Notes under the pieces: model-generated
The model's input: only the letters and a program-made list of their open reading frames with translations
The model's database searches: none
What the model was told of the DNA's origin: nothing
DNA from: Utricularia gibba
Lineage: Eukaryota; Plantae; Magnoliophyta
Length of the DNA: 21,586 nt
NCBI GenBank assembly: GCA_002189035.1
Contig: NEEC01000279.1
Location: forward strand, 1 to 21,586
Direction: 5' to 3'
Program-made: the position numbers and the translations under genes
Shown: piece by piece, positions 1 to 8,800 of the stretch
Position numbering within the stretch: the first letter of the stretch is position 1
How the letters are laid out: the number at the start of each line of letters is the position of its first letter

Positions 1-187
1 ATACACGGCAAAAGAATCAAATAGCCACTAGAGACATGGTGTATGGGAATGGTGCATCAAGAATCAGAAGTATCATAGCAACTAATTGAATCAATCAACA
101 GCCAAAACATATGGTGTCAAACTTCATCGGATATGCGATCAAGATGGAAAAAAGTCACATGTTACATCATGAATTTCGTGGCATCAC

Positions 188-358
188 TTATCCCAACACT
201 GTTGTATACTCTGGATATGCGTAAATATTTATTTTTAATGAATCCGGTGCACGTGTGATTTTTCGGCTGCATCCCGAATGGTGATGCGCAATGAAATGAC
301 TACGTCGCACATCCTGGTCCGCGAAGCACCTCTTGCATAACATGCAGATCCTTGCTCT
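188..358 (-). pseudogene. Stop-bounded frame with a C2H2 zinc-finger-like motif (RARICMLCKRCFADQDVRRSHFIAHHHSGC...), repeated in each monomer; not a complete gene
   Basis: Manual minus-strand translation gives C-x2-C-x3-F-x8-H-x3-H at 346-284. A TGA at 361-359 lies upstream and a TAA at 190-188 downstream, with no start codon before the first Cys. The ORF-track entry 1220..1450 (frameshifted copy) shows part of the same peptide (DQDVRRSHFIAHHHSGC). Confidence 0.35.
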
Positions 359-720
359 TCATAGCACACTGTTGGGAAGCCCTTTTCGAGCTCCAAGTAT
401 TATAATTTGGAGTTACGTTTGTCCGATAACTGTGGACATATTAAAAAGGGCCACAACGAAAGGTGTCTCACGTGGCATTCCGTGGTGACTGCATTTAATA
501 ATGTGCTTCATGTTCTCGAAATTGATGCGAACAACATACAAGGCAAAAGAATCAAATAGCCACTAGAGACATGGTATACGGGAATGGTGCATCAAGAATC
601 AGAAGTATCATAGCAACTAAATGCATCAACATATGGTGTCAGAATTCATCTACTATGCGATCAAGTTGGAAAAAAGTCACATGCTACATCATGAATTTCG
701 TGGCATCACTTATCCCAACA
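199..720 (-). mobile_element. Putative degenerate LTR/TRIM-derived repeat unit (LTR-like block 370-720 plus internal 199-369), minus-strand orientation; present in every monomer
   Basis: 8-bp perfect terminal inverted repeats TGTTGGGA/TCCCAACA (TG...CA). A minus-strand 14/18 match (one gap) to the plant tRNA-iMet PBS lies 3 nt after the block end. Sizes fit TRIMs. No polypurine tract, no target-site duplication and no coding domains are seen. Confidence 0.35.
391..412. other. Short hairpin/inverted repeat CTCCAA-GTATTATAAT-TTGGAG in the invariant core of each monomer
   Basis: 6-bp perfect stem extended by G-T and T-A pairs around an ATTATA loop; identical in X and Y. The function is unknown. 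Confidence 0.6.
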
Positions 721-1944
721 CTGTTATACACTCTGGATATGCGTAAATATTTATTTTTAATGAATCCCGTGCACGTGTGATTTTTAGGATGCACCCCGAA
801 TGATGATGCGCAATGAAATGACTACGTCGCACATCCTGGTCCGCGAAGCACCTCTTGCATAACATGCAGATCCTTGCTCTTCATAGCACACTGTTGGGAA
901 GCCCTTTTCGAGCTCCAAGTATTATAATTTGGAGTTACGTTTGTCCGATAACTGTGGACATATTAAAAACAAGCCACAACGAAAAGTGTCTTAGGTGTCC
1001 TTTCTTGGTGGCTGCGTCTAAGAATGTGCTTCTCGTTCTCGACATTGATGCAAATGGGATACACGGCAAAAGAATCAAATAGCCACTAGAGACATGGTGT
1101 ATGGGAATGGTGCATCAAGAATCAGAAGTATCATAGCAACTAATTGAATCAATCAACAGCCAAAACATATGGTGTCAAACTTCATCGGATATGCGATCAA
1201 GATGGAAAAAAGTCACATGTTACATCATGAATTTCGTGGCATCACTTATCCCAATGTTTATACACTCTGGATATGCGTAAATATTTATTTTTAACAAATC
1301 CCGTGCACGTGTGATTTTTAGGATGCACCCCGAATGGTGATGCGCAATGAAATGACTACGTCGCACATCCTGGTCGCGAAGCACCTCTTGCATAACATGC
1401 AGATCCTTGCTCTTCATAGCAACTGTTGGGAAGCCCTTTTCGAGCTCCAAGTATTATATTTGGAGTTACGTTTGTCCGATAACTGTGGACATATTAAAAA
1501 GGGCCACAACGAAAGGTGTCTCACGTGGCATTCCGTGGTGACTGCATTTAATAATGTGCTTCATGTTCTCGAAATTGATGCGAACAACATACAAGGCAAA
1601 AGAATCAAATAGCCACTAGAGACATGGTATACGGGAATGGTGCATCAAGAATCAGAAGTATCATAGCAACTAAATGCATCAACATATGGTGTCAGAATTC
1701 ATCTACTATGCGATCAAGTTGGAAAAAAGTCACATGCTACATCATGAATTTCGTGGCATCACTTATCCCAACACTGTTATACACTCTGGATATGCGTAAA
1801 TATTTATTTTTAATGAATCCCGTGCACGTGTGATTTTTAGGATGCACCCCGAATGATGATGCGCAATGAAATGACTACGTCGCACATCCTGGTCCGCGAA
1901 GCACCTCTTGCATAACATGCAGATCCTTGCTCTTCATAGCACAC

Positions 1945-2309
1945 TGTTGGGAAGCCCTTTTCGAGCTCCAAGTATTATAATTTGGAGTTACGTTTGTCCG
2001 ATAACTGTGGACATATTAAAAACAAGCCACAACGAAAAGTGTCTTAGGTGTCCTTTCTTGGTGGCTGCGTCTAAGAATGTGCTTCTCGTTCTCGACATTG
2101 ATGCAAATGGGATACACGGCAAAAGAATCAAATAGCCACTAGAGACATGGTGTATGGGAATGGTGCATCAAGAATCAGAAGTATCATAGCAACTAATTGA
2201 ATCAATCAACAGCCAAAACATATGGTGTCAAACTTCATCGGATATGCGATCAAGATGGAAAAAAGTCACATGTTACATCATGAATTTCGTGGCATCACTT
2301 ATCCCAACA
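1945..2309. repeat. Type Y large block (365 bp), TGTTGGGA...TCCCAACA
   Basis: Diagnostic Y alleles: AAAAACAAGCC, CTTAGGTGTCCTTTCTTGG, GCAAATGGGATACACGG, GTGTATGGG, ATTGAATCAATCAACAGCCAAAAC. 21 copies in the window plus 2 hybrid Y-like copies. Confidence 0.9.
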
Positions 2310-2480
2310 CTGTTGTATACTCAGGATATGCGTAAATATTTATTTTTAACAAATCCGGTGCACGTGTGATTTTTCGGCTGCATCCCGAATGGTGATGCGC
2401 AATGAAATGACTACGTCGCACATCCTGGTCCGCGAAGCACCTCTTGCATAACATGCAGATCCTTGCTCTTCATAGCACAC
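2310..2480. repeat. 171-bp spacer between large blocks (also 199-369, 721-891, etc.)
   Basis: The length between TCCCAACA and the next TGTTGGGA is 171 bp in the three intact copies measured. Two allelic forms differ at 10 sites in its first ~83 bp; the rest is invariant. Confidence 0.85.
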
Positions 2481-2832
2481 TGTTGGGAAGCCCTTTTCGA
2501 GCTCCAAGTATTATAATTTGGAGTTACGTTTGTCCGATAACTGTGGACATATTAAAAAAGGGCCACAACGAAAGGTGTCTCACGTGGCATTCCGTGGTGA
2601 CTGCATTTAATAATGTGCTTCATGTTCTCGAAATTGATGCGAACAACATACAAGGCAAAAGAATCAAATAGCCACTAGAGACATGGTATACGGGAATGGT
2701 GCATCAAGAATCAGAAGTATCATAGCAACTAAATGCATCAACATATGGTGTCAGAATTCATCTACTATGCGATCAAGTTGGAAAAAAGTCACATGCTACA
2801 TCATGAATTTCGTGGCATCACTTATCCCAACA
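2481..2832. repeat. Type X large block (352 bp), TGTTGGGA...TCCCAACA
   Basis: Diagnostic X alleles: AAAAAAGGGCC, CTCACGTGGCATTCCGTGG, GCGAACAACATACAAGG, GTATACGGG, AAATGCATCAAC. 18 full copies plus a partial one at the window end. Confidence 0.9.
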
Positions 2833-5800
2833 CTGTTATACACTCTGGATATGCGTAAATATTTATTTTTAATGAATCCCGTGCACGTGTGATTTTTAGG
2901 ATGCACCCCGAATGATGATGCGCAATGAAATGACTACGTCGCACATCCTGGTCCGCGAAGCACCTCTTGCATAACATGCAGATCCTTGCTCTTCATAGCA
3001 CACTGTTGGGAAGCCCTTTTCGAGCTCCAAGTATTATAATTTGGAGTTACGTTTGTCCGATAACTGTGGACATATTAAAAACAAGCCACAACGAAAAGTG
3101 TCTTAGGTGTCCTTTCTTGGTGGCTGCGTCTAAGAATGTGCTTCTCGTTCTCGACATTGATGCAAATGGGATACACGGCAAAAGAATCAAATAGCCACTA
3201 GAGACATGGTGTATGGGAATGGTGCATCAAGAATCAGAAGTATCATAGCAACTAATTGAATCAATCAACAGCCAAAACATATGGTGTCAAACTTCATCGG
3301 ATATGCGATCAAGATGGAAAAAAGTCACATGTTACATCATGAATTTCGTGGCATCACTTATCCCAACACTGTTATACACTCTGGATATGCGTAAATATTT
3401 ATTTTTAATGAATCCGTGCACGTGTGATTTTTAGGATGCACCCCCGAATGATGATGCGCAATGAAATGACTACGTCGCACATCCTGGTCCGCGAAGCACC
3501 TCTTGCATAACATGCAGATCCTTGCTCTTCATAGCACACTGTTGGGAAGCCCTTTCGAGCTCCAAGTATTATAATTTGGAGTTACGTTTGTCCGATAACT
3601 GTGGACATATTAAAAAAGGCCACAACGAAAGGTGTCTCAGATTCCGTGGTGACTGCATTTAATAATGTGCTTCATGTTCTCGAAATTGATGCGAACAACA
3701 TACAAGGCAAAAGAATCAAATAGCCACTAGAGACATGGTATACGGGAATGGTGCATCAAGAATCAGAAGTATCATAGCAACTAAATGCATCAACATATGG
3801 TGTCAGAATTCATCTACTATGCGATCAAGTTGGAAAAAAGTCACATGCTACATCATGAATTTCGTGGCATCACTTATCCCAACACTGTTATACACTCTGG
3901 ATATGCGTAAATATTTATTTTTAATGAATCCGTGCACGTGTGATTTTTAGGATGCACCCCGAATGATGATGCGCAATGAAATGACTACGTCGCACATCCT
4001 GGTCCGCGAAGCACCTCTTGCATAACATGCAGATCCTTGCTCTTCATAGCACACTGTTGGGAAGCCCTTTTCGAGCTCCAAGTATTATAATTTGGAGTTA
4101 CGTTTGTCCGATAACTGTGGACATATTAAAAACAAGCCACAACGAAAAGTGTCTTAGGTGTCCTTTCTTGGTGGCTGCGTCTAAGAATGTGCTTCTCGTT
4201 CTCGACATTGATGCAAATGGGATACACGGCAAAAGAATCAAATAGCCACTAGAGACATGGTGTATGGGAATGGTGCATCAAGAATCAGAAGTATCATAGC
4301 AACTAATTGAATCAATCAACAGCCAAAACATATGGTGTCAAACTTCATCGGATATGCGATCAAGATGGAAAAAAGTCACATGTTACATCATGAATTTCGT
4401 GGCATCACTTATCCCAACACTGTTGTATACTCAGGATATGCGTAAATATTATTTTTTAACAAATCCGGTGCACGTGTGATTTTTCGGCTGCATCCCGAAT
4501 GGTGATGCGCAATGAAATGACTACGTCGCACATCCTGGTCCGCGAAGCACCTCTTGCATAACATGCAGATCCTTGCTCTTCATAGCACACTGTTGGGAAG
4601 CCCTTTTCGAGCTCCAAGTATTATAATTTGGAGTTACGTTTGTCCGATAACTGTGGACATATTAAAAAACAAGCCACAACGAAAGTGTCTTAGGTGTCCT
4701 TTCTTGGTGGCTGCGTCTAAGAATGTGCTTCTCGTTCTCGACATTGATGCAAATGGGATACACGGCAAAAGAATCAAATAGCCACTAGAGACATGGTGTA
4801 TGGGAATGGTGCATCAAGAATCAGAAGTATCATAGCAAATTGAATCAATCAACAGCCAAAACATATGGTGTCAAACTTCATCGATATGCGATCAAGATGG
4901 AAAAAAGTCACATGTTACATCATGAATTTCGTGGCATCACTTATCCCAACACTGTTGTATACTCTGGATATGCGTAAATATTTATTTTTAATGAATCCGG
5001 TGCACGTGTGATTTTTCGGATGCACCCGAATGATGATGCGCAATGAAATGACTACGTCGCACATCCTGGTCCGCGAAGCACCTCTTGCATAACATGCAGA
5101 TCCTTGCTCTTCATAGCACACTGTTGGGAAGCCCTTTTCGAGCTCCAAGTATTATAATTTGGAGTTACGTTTGTCCGATAACTGTGGACATATTAAAAAA
5201 GGGCCACAACGAAAGGTGTCTCACGTGGCATTCCGTGGTGTGCATTTAATAATGTGCTTCATGTTCTCGAAATTGATGCGAAAACATACAAGGCAAAAGA
5301 ATCAAATAGCCACTAGAGACATGGTATACGGGAATGGTGCATCAAGAATCAGAAGTATCATAGCAACTAAATGCATCAACATATGGTGTCAGAATTCATC
5401 TACTATGCGATCAAGTTGGAAAAAAGTCACATGCTACATCATGAATTTCGTGGCATCACTTATCCCAACACTGTTATACACTCTGGATATGCGTAAATAT
5501 TTATTTTTAATGAATCCCGTGCACGTGTGATTTTTAGGATGCACCCGAATGATGATGCGCAATGAAATGACTACGTCGCACATCCTGGTCCGCGAAGCAC
5601 CTCTTGCATAACATGCAGATCCTTGCTCTTCATAGCACACTGTTGGGAAGCCCTTTTCGAGCTCCAAGTATTATAATTTGGAGTTACGTTTGTCCGATAA
5701 CTGTGGACATATTAAAAACAAGCCACAACGAAAGTGTCTTAGGTGTCCTTTCTTGGTGCTGCGTCTAAGAATGTGCTTCTCGTTCTCGACATTGATGCAA

Positions 5801-8800
5801 ATGGGATACACGGCAAAAGAATCAAATAGCCACTAGAGACATGGTGTATGGGAATGGTGCATCAAGAATCAGAAGTATCATAGCAACTAATTGAATCAAT
5901 CAACAGCCAAAACATATGGTGTCAAACTTCATCGGATATGCGATCAAGATGGAAAAAAGTCACATGTTACATCATGAATTTCGTGGCATCACTTATCCAA
6001 CACTGTTATATACTCTGGATATGCGTAAATATTTATTTTTAATGAATCCGTGCACGTGTGATTTTTAGGATGCACCCCGAATGATGATGCGCAATGAAAT
6101 GACTACGTCGCACATCCTGGTCCGCGAAGCACCTCTTGCATAACATGCAGATCCTTGCTCTTCATAGCACACTGTTGGGAAGCCCTTTTCGAGCTCCAAG
6201 TATTATAATTTGGAGTTACGTTTGTCCGATAACTGTGGACATATTAAAAAGGGCCACAACGAAAGGTGTCTCACGTGGCATTCCGTGGTGACTGCATTTA
6301 ATAATGTGCTTCATGTTCTCGAAATTGATGCGAACAACATACAAGGCAAAAGAATCAAATAGCCACTAGAGACATGGTATACGGGAATGGTGCATCAAGA
6401 ATCAGAAGTATCATAGCAACTAAATGCATCAACATATGGTGTCAGAATTCATCTACTATGCGATCAAGTTGGAAAAAAGTCACATGCTACATCATGAATT
6501 TCGTGGCATCACTTATCCCAACACTGTTATACACTCTGGATATGCGTAAATATTTATTTTTAATGAATCCCGTGCACGTGTGATTTTTAGGATGCACCCC
6601 GAATGATGATGCGCAATGAAATGACTACGTCGCACATCCTGGTCCGCGAAGCACCTCTTGCATAACATGCAGATCCTTGCTCTTCATAGCACACTGTTGG
6701 GAAGCCCTTTTCGAGCTCCAAGTATTATAATTTGGAGTTACGTTTGTCCGATAACTGTGGACATATTAAAAACAAGCCACAACGAAAAGTGTCTTAGGTG
6801 TCCTTTCTTGGTGGCTGCGTCTAAGAATGTGCTTCTCGTTCTCGACATTGATGCAAATGGGATACACGGCAAAAGAATCAAATAGCCACTAGAGACATGG
6901 TGTATGGGAATGGTGCATCAAGAATCAGAAGTATCATAGCAACTAATTGAATCAATCAACAGCCAAAACATATGGTGTCAAACTTCATCGGATATGCGAT
7001 CAAGATGGAAAAAAGTCACATGTTACATCATGAATTTCGTGGCATCACTTATCCCAACACTGTTGTATACTCAGGATATGCGTAAATATTTATTTTTAAC
7101 AAATCCGGTGCACGTGTGATTTTTCGGCTGCATCCCGAATGGTGATGCGCAATGAAATGACTACGTCGCACATCCTGGTCCGCGAAGCACCTCTTGCATA
7201 ACATGCAGATCCTTGCTCTTCATAGCACACTGTTGGGAAGCCCTTTTCGAGCTCCAAGTATTATAATTTGGAGTTACGTTTGTCCGATAACTGTGGACAT
7301 ATTAAAAAAGGCCACAACGAAAGGTGTCTCACGTGGCTTTCCGGTGACTGCATTTAATAATGTGCTTCATGTTCTCGAATTGATGCGAACAACATACAAG
7401 GCAAAAGAATCAAATAGCCACTAGAGACATGGTATACGGGAATGGTGCATCAAGAATCAGAAGTATCATAGCAACTAAATGCATCAACATATGGTGTCAG
7501 AATTCATCTACTATGCGATCAAGTTGGAAAAAAGTCACATGCTACATCATGAATTTCGTGGCATCACTTATCCCAACACTGTTATACACTCTGGATATGC
7601 GTAAATATTTATTTTTAATGAATCCCGTGCACGTGTGATTTTTAGGATGCACCCCGAATGATGATGCGCAATGAAATGACTACGTCGCACATCCTGGTCC
7701 GCGAAGCACCTCTTGCATAACATGCAGATCCTTGCTCTTCATAGCACACTGTTGGGAAGCCCTTTTCGAGCTCCAAGTATTATAATTTGGAGTTACGTTT
7801 GTCCGATAACTGTGGACATATTAAAAACAAGCCACAACGAAAAGTGTCTTAGGTGTCCTTTCTTGGTGGCTGCGTCTAAGAATGTGCTTCTCGTTCTCGA
7901 CATTGATGCAAATGGGATACACGGCAAAAGAATCAAATAGCCACTAGAGACATGGTGTATGGGAATGGTGCATCAAGAATCAGAAGTATCATAGCAACTA
8001 ATTGAATCAATCAACAGCCAAAACATATGGTGTCAAACTTCATCGGATATGCGATCAAGATGGAAAAAAGTCACATGTTACATCATGAATTTCGTGGCAT
8101 CACTTATCCCAACACTGTTGTATACTCAGGATATGCGTAAATATTTATTTTTAACAAATCCGGTGCACGTGTGATTTTTCGGCTGCATCCCGAATGGTGA
8201 TGCGCAATGAAATGACTACGTCGCACATCCTGGTCCGCGAAGCACCTCTTGCATAACATGCAGATCCTTGCTCTTCATAGCACACTGTTGGGAAGCCCTT
8301 TTCGAGCTCCAAGTATTATAATTTGGAGTTACGTTTGTCCGATAACTGTGGACATATTAAAAAAGGGCCACAACGAAAGGTGTCTCACGTGGCATTCCGT
8401 GGTGACTGCATTTAATAATGTGCTTCATGTTCTCGAAATTGATGCGAACAACATACAAGGCAAAAGAATCAAATAGCCACTAGAGACATGGTATACGGGA
8501 ATGGTGCATCAAGAATCAGAAGTATCATAGCAACTAAATGCATCAACATATGGTGTCAGAATTCATCTACTATGCGATCAAGTTGGAAAAAAGTCACATG
8601 CTACATCATGAATTTCGTGGCATCACTTATCCCAACACTGTTATACACTCTGGATATGCGTAAATATTTATTTTTAATGAATCCCGTGCACGTGTGATTT
8701 TTAGGATGCACCCCGAATGATGATGCGCAATGAAATGACTACGTCGCACATCCTGGTCCGCGAAGCACCTCTTGCATAACATGCAGATCCTTGCTCTTCA

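Larger units (their letters stand above)
1945..3003. repeat. Representative ~1,059-bp dimeric higher-order repeat (536-bp Y unit plus 523-bp X unit)
   Basis: ORF-track copies of the same peptide frame start at 1908, 2444 and 2967 (spacings 536 and 523). The X-specific MVYGNG ORF repeats at 1,059-bp spacing (1624 to 2683; 7429 to 8488). X and Y differ by a 13-bp length difference and about 34 substitutions in the large block, counted by eye. Confidence 0.95.

Noticed and set aside
35-55. HGVWEWC peptide resembling the GNVWEW motif of FGE-sulfatase/CLec proteins, and X/Y as a DGR template/variable pair
   Set aside because: The motif sits between nearby stops and is HGIREWC in X. X/Y differences involve all four bases on both strands rather than adenines only, and there is no reverse transcriptase.
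119-135. 5S rDNA tandem unit or Cassandra-type 5S-bearing LTR (similar unit size; GGATATGCGATCA resembles the 5S start GGATGCGATCA)
   Set aside because: Similarity stops after about 10 nt, and no 5S box A/IE/C or 120-nt gene body is seen on either strand.
401-406. TATAAT as a bacterial -10 promoter box
   Set aside because: There is no -35 element at a suitable spacing, no downstream gene, and the context looks like a eukaryotic satellite.
468-476. G-box/ABRE-like CACGTGGC in X, and the GTGCACGTG overlapping palindromes in the spacer
   Set aside because: 6-8-bp motifs are expected by chance; the X site is destroyed in Y and there is no linked gene.
743-787. 45-nt GT...AG intron-like segment (GTAAAT...TTTTTAG)
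   Set aside because: Splicing it out yields no substantial ORF in any frame, and the AG is CG in the Y-linked spacer.
786-837. Hammerhead-ribozyme-like core ATGATGA...GAAA...GTC with AGGATG/CATCCT pairing (retrozyme idea)
   Set aside because: The invariant C3 is A, stem II cannot form (T-T closing pair), and stem I is not adjacent to the core. The Y-linked spacer changes TGATGA to TGGTGA, and the motif is on the opposite strand from the PBS-like site. An Infernal search with hammerhead models would settle it.
621-1082. Semi-open plus-strand frame (...EKSHMLHHEFRGITYPN...VLDIDANGIHGKRIK) as a decayed gene under purifying selection
   Set aside because: It has four internal stops, and only 9 of the 35 X/Y substitutions I scored are synonymous in this frame, about the neutral expectation.
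546-1598. Obelisk- or viroid-like ~1-kb circular RNA concatemer
   Set aside because: The 1,059-bp unit is a direct dimer of two related halves, with no long ORF, no intact ribozyme and no visible rod-like self-complementarity.
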